DNA from: Podarcis vaucheri
Taxonomy: Eukaryota
DNA: 64,000 nucleotides
Assembly: GCA_965113315.1 (NCBI GenBank)
Contig: OZ220371.1
Direction: 5' to 3' (one strand)
Position 1 is the first letter of the stretch; every line of letters begins with the position of its first letter. The notes under the pieces were generated by a model. It was not told where the DNA came from and ran no database searches. It saw only the letters and a list, made by a program, of their open reading frames with translations. Made by a program: the position numbers and the translations under genes. This document shows, in pieces, positions 1 through 12,553 of this stretch.

Positions 1-1220
1 GAATGTTTTTGTGACTGTAATTTGTTTTAAACTATATTAGATACTGTATTTTTTACATTTCTGTAACCCACCCTGAGACCTTGTGGTGAAGGGTAGGTAT
101 GAAATTGAAGTAGTAGTCTTAATAATAATGTCTGCTATTAGATTCTACTAACTAAGGGGTACATAGGGAAATGTTGGTTTTCCTGGGGTTTGTGGTATTT
201 GGTACTAATTTGCAAACTTACAGTATACAAATAATATGCTTATTGGATCAACACTTTTGGTTCACAGTTTATACAATAACAGAGCGAAATGTAGCACAGT
301 ATCTACCAGATATTAATTCGAGATTTTGGCAAGAGTTCTTCTGAGCTCGGCTGAAAAGATGAACTTCAGAGACTCATTAAAAACTGTGTCAGAGGAGAAG
401 CATATTTTACAAACCAACTTGGGGAACACACAATTTCGACTAGAGAAACGAATTGAGCAGAAAGAAAATCAGTCCTCCTTCACTGCTCTGGTTAGGCTCA
501 CCATCCCCTGTGGCTGATTTTTTAATTTTTTTAAAAAAAAAGTCATTGAGAAACTGATCTTAACCCTCTATTTGGGCCCTGAAATGACACTTTGTAAGGA
601 AAGAAAACAGTTGAAAGTTTCTGTGTCATCCGATTCAGACTGACATCATGCGAAGAAGAAGGAACCTTGTTTGTCTTCTGAAGAAAAGCTCTTCTCCTGT
701 TCAGTCCTAATACTCCCTGCCCCCCATCCCCAGTTGCTTTGGATAGGGTGTGTCACCTACCTTTCTAGTGCACCATCTGAAATCAGGGTGTTGGGCAGGC
801 TTTAGAGTGGTGTGTATATGTTTTAAGGTTGTGATTTAAGAATTACACATGCATTAATTCTAGGGTGCAACTGATAAAACTGGTTGTGTGTCTCCCAGAG
901 GCAGCGAAGGAACCAGCTTTCAAACTGATACTAGGATAAGTGTATTCCAAAGTCTGGCAAGTGTTGCCATACTTTTCGCTGCCCTTGTGGCAGCTCATAG
1001 ATGTTTACCAGTCCAAGAGCAAATAACAGTAACCCAATCCTGTCTGTCTTTGTTTGCAAAGATTAAGCGGCTTTTATGACAGAGTGGCACAGCAGAACAA
1101 ACCATTACCAGCAAAATATAGGATTTTGTTTGAACTACCTCCTTGCAAATAATTCAGAGAGCAGCCGCTGTGGCTAGTTCTTGAGAGCAGGATGCTATTG
1201 TTATACTGGCGCTTTCACAA

Positions 1221-1451
1221 TACACCTTTAGGTGCCAGGCAGAAACGTTCCTTTTTAACCAGGCCTTTGCCTGACTTGATCTACATCCTATACCCTTTCA
1301 AAAATGCTGGCTCTTTTGGGTTGTTGTTTTTTAATTGGGTTGTTGTTTTTATTTTGATTTTATGTATTTGATATTTTATGTGAACTGCCCTGAGACCTTC
1401 AGGTATAGGGCGGCATATAAATCAAATAAATAAATAAAATAATAAAATAAT
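1221..1451 (+). mobile_element. L2-type LINE 3' end with (AAAT)n tail
   Basis: ORF-end motif ...gaaacgttcctttttaaccaggccttt, T-rich 3' UTR, gaactgccctgagacc...gggcggcatataaat stem-loop, aaataaataaa tail. Confidence 0.65.
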
Positions 1452-2443
1452 TGTGCTGGTCCGGGGGGGGGGGGAGATTACCGTTGGCGTGGTCAAAGTC
1501 CGGTCCTGGGTCACGAGTCTGGAAACAGTTCACAAAGAGCGAGGCGGGGTCCGAAGCAGGAAGCCGGGTGGGGACGGGAACTCTGGAAGAACAGGTCTGT
1601 TAGGATATTTCCGTTCCACCTTAAAAGGGAGCAGAATGTTTGTGTCACAGCCTGCGTATTTCCTGTTTTCACAGGATGTTTCTGTTGTGTCTTTGCTTTC
1701 GCTCTCTCTGTGTCTGGAGACACTGACGCAGGCAGTCATGTCTTTCTTTGTTCTGATCAACGCTGAATAAAACTTGTAAATAATGCTCTCCTGCGTGCAA
1801 CTTCTGCTGTGAATTATCTGCTGATAGAGTGTGCATGAGCTCTAGAATGTGGCAAGCTTTTTTCTAGAAACTCATGTCACTAATTGCTGATACTGCGTGC
1901 CTACGGGAGATCGATGGATCGTCCAGCAGACAGCTTGGGGCCATGATGGACTTTATCTCCCTGGCAGTCTCCCAACAAGGTCTGGGTCCGGGCAGAAGCA
2001 GGTATTCAACAACGTTGCTCCCACAACCTGGGACCGGGTTGACTGGCCTTTATCTTCTCTGAGGCCAGGAGCGGTCCTGGCCCCCAGGAGACCCGCCTCT
2101 CCTGGCCTTAAGGCGAGCACTCCTCCTGGGAGAAACCAGTTCCCTCCGCCTCTCTGCCCTGAGCCTCTGCAACTCAGGAGAGGCTGGAGGGTTACTGGAC
2201 CCAGGGGGAGACTCACCTTCCCCTGACAGGGCTGGGAGAGGCACACCTGTAGGCACTGTGTCCTCAATCACCTCCGGAGCCAGAGTGGAATCACCTGGTG
2301 CCTGCTCCTGAGGATCCGGCACAGGTGCAGGCGCTTCAGATCCAAGCCCCTGCCCCAGTTCAGCCGGCCCTGGAGGCGGGGACTCCTGTGCAGGCTGGGA
2401 TTCCTCCGGTTCAGCCTCTGAATCGGATTCCCAGACCATCACA
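1452..2443 (-). mobile_element. Gypsy-like solo LTR, interrupted by a second LTR
   Basis: Ends TGTGCTGGTC...GACCATCACA (imperfect terminal inverted repeat); 5-bp TSD ATAAT at 1447-1451 and 2444-2448; GC-rich interior. Strand is inferred. Confidence 0.8.
1598..1977 (+). mobile_element. Nested solo LTR (Copia-like TGTT...AACA ends), 380 bp
   Basis: TGTTAGGA...TCCCAACA; perfect 5-bp TSD AGGTC at 1593-1597 and 1978-1982; internal AATAAA near 1766. Confidence 0.85.
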
Positions 2444-2614
2444 ATAATAAAAACAACTTGAAACTATGATTAATTCTTTAGTATTGGGTACCATAGTGCT
2501 TCTGGGAGAATTTCATTTTTCGTTATTGTCTTGTACATTTTTCAAGAAGCAGGGAGTAAGAAGTGGCTTTTGTAATCAGCTTTTAAAACATGCTTCTTTC
2601 TAATTGCCCTCCAG

Positions 2615-2781
2615 GTGAAACGATGAGAATTGCTTCGTCAGAGTTTGCCGATGATCCCTGTTCCTCTGTCAAGCGAGGCACCATGGTCCGGGCAGCACGG
2701 GCTCTGCTCTCAGCTGTCACTCGCCTGCTCATCCTGGCTGACATGGCAGATGTCATGAGGCTTTTGTCCCACTTGAAAATC
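2615..2781 (+). CDS. CTNNA2: Catenin alpha-2 internal coding exon (probably exon 4), 167 bp, phase 1 to 0
   Basis: Encodes (G)ETMRIASSEFADDPCSSVKRGTMVRAARALLSAVTRLLILADMADVMRLLSHLKI, alpha-N-catenin N-terminal domain; acceptor ttgccctccag|GT, donor ATC|gtaaga. Confidence 0.97.
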
Positions 2782-5419
2782 GTAAGACTTCTTCAATACG
2801 TTATGCTCTTGTATGTGCTGTGGTGAGCAAGTGGTGGAAGGGATATGGCATGCTACATACAAAGGAAGGACAACCAGGTTTATATGGGGCTTGTATTTTG
2901 TAGTTGCAAATATTTCGGGGAAATATCATCATCAAAACCAAGTATCCCACCGGTATTGCTTCCTAGGCGTAACTCTGGCTTACTTCTGTTTGGTAGTGGG
3001 GGAAATTCTGCATGGCCACTGCTGGATCTATTCCTTGGGGTTTGGCTTGGCAGCTGAGTACTGTATTTACTTGTTTGAATGCAGAAGTGCATCACAGATA
3101 GGAATTGGTAGTAAGAGTTGTGGGGAGCGGGAATTTAAGTGTGAGCCCGTTGGGATGTATTCAGACGCTCCATCAGACACACCTATTCAACATTACTATG
3201 TGTTCTCTGAAAAGCCATTGCTTTTTCACCATGTTTGGTTAAAGTTTCAAACCGAGAATGGAATGTCTATGTAAAACAATAATGACAGCTATTTTTTTGC
3301 TTTGTTACACTGGCCATATCATGAATTAATACAGACATCCACACATACTATTACATGACTAATCCATGCGTACTATGTGTAATGCATCACTGGGCTATGC
3401 AGGCGCGTTTGCGGTAGTGTGTTGTCATTGCCTTGTGGACATTATCACATTGAAAAAATGGAATGACCATAGTTGGCCTCACGTGCATAATAAGCCACAG
3501 ACAAATTAATGTAGAGTCACAATAGCTTTATGCTACCCCTAGAATTGAAGGCAACAGTCTTGAATACCAGTTGCTGAGGACCATGAACAGGAGAGAGGAC
3601 AGTCCTCACTTCCTGCTTTGTGGGCTGTTCAGAGGCACATTGTTGGCTCTGTGGAAAAACAAGATGCCGGACTGGACAGGGTTTTGCTCTGATCCAGCAG
3701 GGCTCATCTTCATTTTCTTATTGGGGCGTGGGGAAAGTGGTTTAGCCGTAACAGGTGCACACTGTGTGTGTTTCTTTGAGAGCTGCTTTTCAGACTGTCC
3801 TGTAACATAAGGAAGCTGTAGACTTACCACCCTCTTGTGGTAAAATTAAAGCACAGCAGTGTGCTTTTGCCTGTGAGCCACAGTATGAAATTAATTACAT
3901 CCAAATGTCAGAACTCTTTTGATTGGAGATGGAAACAGCGAGTGCTTAATGAATCATCAAAGATGGGGAAAAAATATGAAAACCGCAGAGGAATTGCAGA
4001 GTGGCAAATGATTTACTGTGGGTTTGTACTTGGTTTGCCACTGTCTGCCTTCCTGCCTACAGAGGCATGTAACAAAATGCTTTGTAATTGGAGCTAACCA
4101 GTGTAATGATTGATTTTCCCATTCCTCTCTTCATAACTGAGCATTGCTAATTGTGCTGCTGGTGGAAGATCTGTTGTGTAAACTGGACTGAGCAGAATGT
4201 TTATAATCTTTTATTTTCTTGATCAGACCCCCCCCCCTTTTCTGCCCCCTTCCTTTCCCCCTTCAAATGGCAGTAGAATGTTGTTTCCGAGGCAATGATG
4301 CATTGCAACCTTTAGCTTGGAATGAGAGCTAGGCAGACTCTTCTTGAATTCCCCAGAACTAGGGTTTGCAATGGAAAATGCCAAATCCTCTCCTGCAGGA
4401 AGGTGACAGTCCATGCTTTAATGAACACAGTGCTTTTTTACTCAAAAATCAACCACATTACCCTATAAATATTTGCACAGCTAGCAATGCGTGTGTGACC
4501 ATATTTTTCATTTCCTAATGAAGACTGGTCCAACTCACACAATCTCTTGACGCTGCAGACTTTCAAAGTCTGTGTTTGGCCTCAATCCCCTTTCATACAG
4601 ATACTTGAAGGACATGGTTGTGATTACAGAACTCAGTTTTTATAGCTTATCTACAGCCCTCATATTGCTAGACTTGATTGATTAATTTGTGGGCATCATG
4701 ACACATTAATATTTGGGAACACTTACTGGGAGGGTAGGAAAGGAAAATATGTAATCACTTTTTTTTTCCTTTCAAGAATCTCTGTAAATCATCATCATCC
4801 ACTTAATTATATTTTGTTTACACTATTTAAAATTTGGATTAGTTTAACTAACTTTTAAACATTAATTTGTTATTACAGCTGTTTCAAGTTAGTTTTGGAT
4901 ATTTCAGCAATAGTCATTTATTTAATACATTTATAATACCAACCTTTACATACTCATATATGTTGTATATGTACAATGGAGCTTCCACTCTCACTCCTGC
5001 CCTCTCCAGCTCCCACCCCCTAGAATTGGGGGACCATCTACATTAGATATGGTTGGTATGCAGGGCTAGGAGAGGAAACACAAGTTTCACTGCAGTAGTA
5101 GAACTAAGCTTATGGAACACTGAAGACAGCACAATATTAAGATACAACTTTCTATACAGACCACCCAGCTGAGACGCTAACATAATTTTGGATCCTACCT
5201 TGACTAGATTCCTTCCACATCTCTTGTGCCGCAGGCCTCTGCCTTCCTGGAGTAAGAACTGTGAGAAGATGTGAACTACCATAAAGTAGACCAGGTTTAG
5301 ACTTCACATCTCAAGATCCTCAAGCACTACAATCTGCTTCAACAACAAATAGCTACTTTCATTATTTCATAATAGTTATTCATATCTTCTAATATTGACA
5401 GAGTTGGATGAACCATTTT

Positions 5420-6275
5420 GCTATGTAATTACCTGGAAATTCACCTCATCCTTTACCTGTTAGATCACTACACTCTGCAGGCGAGGGCCTCAAGCAGAGA
5501 TCATCTTAATCAGGCGTTTCCTTCTGCGGAATATAGGAATTGGGCTTCAGTTTGGAATTTCCCCCAGTTAAATATTAGACAGGCACTGTTTCTATTCGCT
5601 TTTCTGCTGAAGACCTTCCTCTTCCAAAAAAGCCTTTTAAGCTGAGATCTTTTCCAACCTGCATCTACAATGGAATTATTTTTAAAGGTAAAGGTAAAGG
5701 TACCCCTGCCCGTACGGGCCAGTCGTGTCCGACTCTAGGGTTATGTGCTCATCTTGCTCTATAGGCCGTGAGCCAGCGCCGTCCGAAGACACTTCCGGCT
5801 CATGTGGCCAGCGTGGCAAGCTGCATATGGCGAGCCAGAGCAGCATACGGAACGCTGTTTACCTTCCCGTTGGTAAGCGGTCCCTATTTATCTACTTGCA
5901 CTTAAGAGTGCTTTCAAACTGCTAGGTGGGCAGGAGCTGGGACCGAATGAGAGGAGCTCACCCCGCCGCGGGGATTCGAACCGCCGACCATACGATCAGC
6001 AAGTCCTAGGCACTGAGGTTTTACCCACAGCGCCACCCGCGTCCCCCAGTTAAACATTATTTCCCCCAGTTAAATATCAGACAGGCACTGTTTCTATTCT
6101 CTTTTCTCCTGAAGACCTTCCTCTTCCAAAAATACCTTTTAAGCTGAGATATTTTCCAACTTGCATCTACAATGGAATTATTTTTAAGTGGCTTAATTTT
6201 TTTAAATTGTTTTATCTCTTTTGTTTGCACCCTAGGCTCCTTTGGGAGGAAGGGAGGGATATAAATTAAAACTAA
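5420..6275 (+). mobile_element. Degenerate L2 3' end, partly duplicated and interrupted by a Sauria SINE
   Basis: Translation ...WNF..NIRQA..F..LLKTFLFQK resembles the L2 ORF2 C-terminus; 3' UTR ending gggatataaatt. Confidence 0.55.
5686..6045 (-). mobile_element. Sauria SINE, full length
   Basis: Minus strand starts GGGACGCGGGTGGCGCTGTGGG (tRNA-derived head with box B ggttcgaatcc) and ends in an (ACCTTT)n tail. Confidence 0.92.
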
Positions 6276-6583
6276 TATAGCAGCACTGCTACAACCTCTA
6301 GAGGTTCCATAGTGAAAAGCAGCAAGATTGTGAGAAACTCTCTAAAGTTATTTATAATATAGAGTGGAAGGTTCTTTCACTTTCTTCACACTTGGATGTG
6401 TATTGCCCCCACTGACCATGGGGAGGTCCCATTATACAATTAAAATAGGTGAATGCATCTGTATATGAGAGAGAAATATGTATGAGTTAAGTTCAGTGTG
6501 CTGTGGCTTCTAGATATTAGATGTGCTGAGAACCTTTAGTCTCCTGACCCCACTAGAAGCCTTCTACCAATGTCTGTATATTA

Positions 6584-6812
6584 CAGTGGTACCTCGGTTT
6601 TCAAACGTAATCCATTCCGGAAGACCGTTCGAGTTCTGAAACGTTTGAAAACTGAAACCCAGTAGCTGACAGCTAGGCCTCAGGATCTTGTACTTAGTAG
6701 AAGCTGCATGGTATGTTCAACTTCTGAGACATGTTTGAAAACCAAAGCATTTACTTCCAGGTTTATGGTATTCACACCGAAATGGAGACATTCGAAAACT
6801 GAGGTACCACTG
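6584..6812. mobile_element. pogo/Tigger-like Tc1-mariner MITE
   Basis: TA|CAGTGGTACCTCGGTTTTC...GAAAACTGAGGTACCACTG|TA. Confidence 0.88.
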
Positions 6813-8744
6813 TAGTTCTAAGCTACTTTAAGAGTTCTCTTCAACTCTGCTAATCCCACATCACATAATATAGTAATAATAATCAAGTTCTTTGAGTGAA
6901 ACTTTGGATGGATAAAATTGGCTGGTGTACTTCAAGAATTTTCTGCATCAATATGACAGGCAGGTAGACATATCATCACCTTTAAGTTAGAGAACATCAG
7001 CTGAGTACAGTAGAACTGTTAATTGTGCCAAAGGAGATGTTCATAAACTATTATACATTAAAAGGGGACAGCATGGGATAGTCATAGCTAGCTTTAAAAG
7101 AATATTACATGCAAAAATATTAAAAAGTATGATTTGAAGAGTTAAAACATATTATGGGCATATTATCTTGTTTAGTTTCAGAATAAGTCTTCCTTCCTGA
7201 ATAATTTGTCCTTCCAAAAGAGCCAGAATCATCTTGCCACCCATTCCACAATCTCTGTTCCCACCAACCCTCCATCTCATCTCACTCTTGTGCTATTATC
7301 CAAGTTTTGGTGCTGAAGCAAGGCCACTTAGCTCCTGTTTTGGTTCCTATCAATCATGTCTCCTCCTGGCTTCCTGCAAAACCCTTAGGAAACGGTTGGC
7401 CCAGTTTGAGGAGAAACAGCTTTAAAAAGCTTGTGATGCATACCCCTGCAGGTGTTCCACGCTGTCAGCTCCCACTGGAGCAGATGGGACCTAGGTAATT
7501 CTGTTCACCTTTGGAAATCAGGCTGCTCCAGAGAAATTTCTAATTAATTATGTAGAAGTGTCGCTTGGTAGCAGGCTGGCTGAGCTAACAAAGACTTTGA
7601 CCCTAAAAATAAGTCACTTTTTTCCCTGGCACTCATGTCCGGAACAAGGCACTGTTTCAGACTTTCTGATGAAATATTTACACCTACACAAATCAAGCAG
7701 TGTTACAGAAATGACACTTTGTCCCTTAAATATAGTTTGCTGACATGAACGTAAATTTGCAGTGTTTTGCTGCAAGCAGACTTTCTATTTGTACCTCTAC
7801 ATATACCGTATTTCCCTGAAAAGTTTCAGAAGAGATGATCTGAGGCAGTTATTCTAAGACAATTGCCTAATTCAACTGACATTTTCACAAATATGCAATA
7901 GAAACATCTAATAGCCTCACAACCTGTTGTTCTATGCTCTCCTTTTCTCTTACACAACCCACCCACCCCTGGCTGAAGACACTGACATTAATTGAAAAAG
8001 GAGGGAAGCTGGTCTGTAATAGAATTTGTCAGCAACTTCATTTGCATAAGAATGGAAGTGATAGTGGTCCTCTTTATCCTAGGATTGTAGCAATTTTCCA
8101 CGTCACAAAATTAGTATTTTTAGTGGTGGTGAAAAAGCAACTGGAACAAATTGCATGATGATGAGATTCTGGTTTTCACAGTAATTTTCTTAACTGTCAT
8201 GGCAATCAGGAAGGTTTTGTACCTGCACTTCTTTTAACAGGAATGGAATGAGTTGATGCTATGATTGCTCAGTTATAAGCTGAATACTGTTTACCCGAAT
8301 ACTGAATATTATCTACAGGCACCTACTCAGTTATGCATGTTTTACTGTAGAGCTTGCAGTAGTAGTGGCTTTCCTGTCTCCATCCAGGTAAAATCTCAAG
8401 TGGTGAAGCTGATAAATGGCACTTTGAGGTGCAGAAGCTGCCTGGCCTGTACTGAGAGTGCTGAATGAATAAACTTCCCCAGACTGTAATCCTGATCCCC
8501 ATTTAGAACAGAAGTGTAACTTCCTCTAAAACAGGTTGACCTGCAGCTACCTATCTGGATGAACTACCGTAGCAAAGAGTACCACCTTATCCGGGCAGAA
8601 TCTTTTGTTCTCCCTCTTCCAGTCCATTGCCATACCCAAATACTGGTTCAGGACTACAGCCTCCCCTCTATCTAATTAATCAGATTTTCACCATTTTTTC
8701 TTCATCTATGCGCTAGTAATCTGCGCCTTGTTCTAATTCTTTCA

Positions 8745-9739
8745 GATCAGGCCAAAGGTTCATCTAGTCAGCATCCTGTTCTTGCAATGGCCAACCAGAT
8801 GCCTCTTTCCAGAACTGGTAACTGATACTGGGTGTCCATGAGTTAGGAGAGAAAAATAAAGCTTTTCTTCATCCACTCTATCAGCTCCATGCATAATTTC
8901 ACACACTTCTATCATGTTGCCTTTACTCTCCCTTTCTCTAAAGTAAAAAGCCCCATATTCTTTAACCTTTCGTCATAGGGCTTTTGCTTGCACTTTTCTG
9001 AACCTTTTCTAACTGTAGAAAACTGTACGTAAGTGTTCCATAAGTGGTCACCCCATAAATTTGTATATTGACATTATGATATCAGCAGTTTTATTTTTAA
9101 GTTCTTTCCAGATGATCCTTAGCCTTTTACACAGCTGCCATGTCATGCTAGCTGTACTTCAGCAAAGCTTATTCTTCTATATGCATGTTTATTTTATCTT
9201 TAAAAATACTTTCCACCAGTTTTCAAGGGACAGACATTAAGCTATCTGGCCTGTAATTTCCAATATCTCCCTTTGATCTCTCTCTCTTTCTCCCTCTCCC
9301 TCATTACAATGGTTATTTTCCCATTGTCAGGTATAGAGGGTGATCTGAGGGACAAGTTGCATATTTTTGTTAGAAGGTCAACAATTTCACATTTGAGTTA
9401 TCTGTCACCTCTGGGGTGGGTGCCATCTGGACCTGGTGATTTGCCAGTTTTTCTTTTGTCCAGGAGGCCTCAAACTTCATCTCTCATCTACCTCATCTCC
9501 TCAGACTCCTTTCCAACAGAAGTTAGTTCAGCCACTGGGATCTTTCATATACCTTCTGCTGTGGAGACAGATACCAATTATTCATTCAGCATCTCTGCAG
9601 TCTTCTCACTCTCCTTCAGCATACTTCAACTCCCTTGTAATCCAAAGGTCCGACAGTTTCCTTAGCCAGTCTTCTGCTTTGAACGTATTTTGCTGTTGCT
9701 GGTCATTATGGGATTATTATTTTTTTTTGCAATGTGCTC

Positions 9740-9793
<54 letters not shown>

Positions 9794-9915
9794 GCATCTC
9801 TCACTGTCTGATCATATTTGTTTGGTCAAAGTTTGGGTTCCTTTTTGTTTCCCTCATTTGAAGGAAGCCTTTTTGCCTCTAACAGCTTCTTTTACTTGGC
9901 TTATTAACCAAACGT
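8745..9915 (-). mobile_element. Degenerate, internally deleted CR1 LINE
   Basis: Reverse complement near 9210-9270 matches the CR1 RT motif (GNYRP.SL.SVP.KLVE); CR1-type 3' end near 8745-8810. Confidence 0.7.
9741..9793. repeat. (TTTC)n microsatellite
   Basis: About 13 perfect units. Confidence 0.95.
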
Positions 9916-10149
9916 GGTATACACCAATATTTCTCAACCTTTTTCCGACCATGGCTCCCTTCCGACCTTGTTTCCTTCCTGTATCCCCCTCCCGTCGTAC
10001 TGGTAGAAAGGTAGCTATTTAAATGTTTTGTTTGTAACAGCAACCCCCCTCTCAACACTTCACAATTCTTTGATATTTGCTCGCTGTTCCAAAAAACACG
10101 GCTTTTTGCATCTTTCAGCTACCACCACAGGAGTAATGCTACAGGACTA

Positions 10150-11460
10150 ATGACCAGGCACACTAGCCAGTCTTGGGTTTCAACATTGCTATTAGGAAGT
10201 CTCAGAAAAAAATGTTGCTTTTTTCCTATCATAATTAAATAAGTCATGACCGTAGTTCTGCTGATTAGATCATGTACTCAAAATTTCCTAGCAAAGCTAC
10301 CGGTAGTTGATGCTGGAATTCCTAGATCACATGCCCTCTTCCACTTTACCCTGTACAAATTTGTAACTGCTTGAATTAATTAAAATACCTCTAGCTACTT
10401 CATTGCTGAGTGACCAGCCCAATAACTTCCTTCTAACTGAATCCATAAATATTAAAATTATTCAGTTGCTCAATATTAACCCCATTGGTTTTCCATTTGT
10501 AAACCACTAGTCGTATTTCAAATACTACAGTTTCCATTTTACTGTAATTTAACATTTTTCTCTTTAACAAAACTCTCACAAATATCCAAGTAGTCCCTTA
10601 TTTGTATTATATAAATGAGGACTACTGATGCACAATAAGTCTGAAAGCTTAGAATCATCTCTGCTAGCTGGGAAATATTGATGGCCTTTGCAATCTTCTA
10701 TATTGTTGACATAAAAAATTGAGAGAGCGCCAAAAGGCATCCCTGTGGGGAATATACTCTGAGAAACTCACTCTAAATGTCTGTTCTGTTCCTGTATAGA
10801 GTTTTCTTCAGGACTGATGCTTATCTATGTTGGTATTTAAAAGTTTAAACTAGAGCTGTTCTTTATTGACCTGGTCAAAGGCCAATGCTAAATCAATAAA
10901 AGCTACATATAGCTCTTGTCTTGTTCTTTCAATATATTCTTAAATCAAATGATCTAAAACAAAGCATTGATTGATGGTACTTTTCCATGTGCAGAATCCT
11001 TCTTGCCTTCTGCTATAATTTGTCCAATTTTCAAAATGAGGTAGTTGATTACCAATAATTATGTTCACATGGCATGGTAAGCCAGACCTTGACCAATTTT
11101 AGGAGCAATCCCAGTTAAAAAATAAGCAGGCAGATTTTGAAATAGTTTTAACTTGCTTTTTAAAGGAATGACATAGCAATGCTAGATTCCCATCCCTTTG
11201 AGGCTATACTTGTGTTGTTAATAAATATAACTGGGTTGGATTTTGGTTCGAAGATTTCTGCTGGAATCACAACTTCTTGTTTTTTGGGGGGGCGGCGGCA
11301 GAGATAAAAGTGTTGGTATTGATCTAGTGAAATTTTCCTGTTATCCAACCTCTGCCACTGCCTTTTGTATAGAGGAAGCTGCAGACCTCCTGTTAGTCTC
11401 AGGCTGTCATCAGTGCCACCTGTTAAAGAAAATTCTGGGTTGAGAGACTGCTCAACAGCC
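10150..11460 (-). mobile_element. Degenerate non-LTR retrotransposon RT (RTE-X-like clade)
   Basis: Minus-strand remnants: QEGF..KSTINQCFVL, LYVAFIDLA.AFDQV, PQGCLLA. Confidence 0.65.
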
Positions 11461-11465
11461 CAGCT

Positions 11466-12267
11466 CGTCAGGGTACAAGTCCCCCACAGGTCCATGCGGT
11501 CAGTAAAAGAAGGAAATTCCAGCCAAGCAATTTGGAGCAAAACAGAAGTCAGTAGACTTAGATCCTTTATTGTTGCGCAACAGGTTCAACAGCAGCGAGT
11601 GAACCCAGAGCATGGGGCAACATTGACTTTTAAAACTTTCCCACCATATCCCAGAATACAGTTCACACAGCATCATCAATACATCATTGTTACATCACTA
11701 ACATGTCACAAAAGGGGAGGGTTACACAAGATTACAATAGACAGATATGTCAGGGCAACACCCAAGTATAAGATTAGAATAGGCAAACATGTCTTAAGTA
11801 CCTACCACCCAAAAGTAAATAGAACTTCTTTTGCGTGTCTGGAGTCTGAGGCAAGTCTGGTGTTCAAATATATAAAAGGATGTCATATAGAGGAGGGAGA
11901 AAGGTTGTTTTCTGCTGCTCCAGAGAAGCGGACACGGAGCAATGGATCCAAACTACAAGAACGAAGATTCCACCTAAACATTAGGAAGAACTTCCTGACA
12001 GTAAGAGCTGTTCGACAGTGGAATTTGCTGCCAAGGAGTGTGGTGGAGTCTCCTACTTTGGAGGTCTTTAAGCAGAGGCTTGACAACCATATGTCAGGAG
12101 TGCTCTGATGGTGTTTCCTGCTTGGCAGGGGGTTGGACTCGATGGCCCTTGTGGTCTATTCCAACTCTATGATTCTATGAGATTTGGCTTCCCTTAGAGA
12201 ACAATGAACCCAGCAATTGTCACCTCTGGGCATTTCCTGGGGTAGGAGGTGTGTATACATGTCTTCA
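11466..12267 (-). mobile_element. ERV1-like solo LTR interrupted by CR1
   Basis: Minus strand begins TGAAGAC and ends CCCTGAC(G); 4-bp TSD AGCT at 11462-11465 and 12268-12271; minus-strand AATAAA near 11566. Confidence 0.55.
11857..12180 (+). mobile_element. Young 5'-truncated CR1 LINE 3' end
   Basis: VFKYIKGCHIEEGERLFS...RKNFLTVRAVRQWNLLPRSVVESPTLEVFKQRLD; (ATTCTATG)n terminal repeat. Confidence 0.93.
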
Positions 12268-12359
12268 AGCTTGGGGAGGTGGCAGGGGAAAGAGTCCCTT
12301 TTCCAAGGGCAAAATGGCATTGGAATGGAGAAACTTGGCAAAGGGGTTGATTTTCTGAT

Positions 12360-12553
12360 GTAAAGGCCCCCTGACAGTCCAGTCGCAGACGACTCTGGGG
12401 TTGCGGCGCTCATCTCGCTTTACAGGCCGAGGGAGCCGGCATTTGTCCACAGACAGTTTTTCTAGGTCATGTGGCCAGCATGACTAAGACGCTTCTGGAG
12501 AAACCAGAGCAGCTCACAGAAACGCCGTTTACCTTCCCGCTGGAGCGGTACCT
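12360..12553 (-). mobile_element. Sauria SINE, 5'-truncated
   Basis: Matches the 3' half of the other copies (gactctggggttgcggcgctcatctcgc...ccttcccgctggagcggtacct). Confidence 0.85.

Noticed and set aside
2050-2442. 130-aa Pro/Glu-rich ORF (also the similar 26733-27113 ORF)
   Set aside because: It lies entirely within a GC-rich solo LTR, and the 26733-27113 ORF almost entirely so; low-complexity open frames are common in such LTRs.
11365-12108. Longest ORF (247 aa) as a novel gene
   Set aside because: Chimeric read-through of antisense LINE, LTR and CR1 3' end; it starts at a non-ATG codon and only the CR1 part is protein-like.
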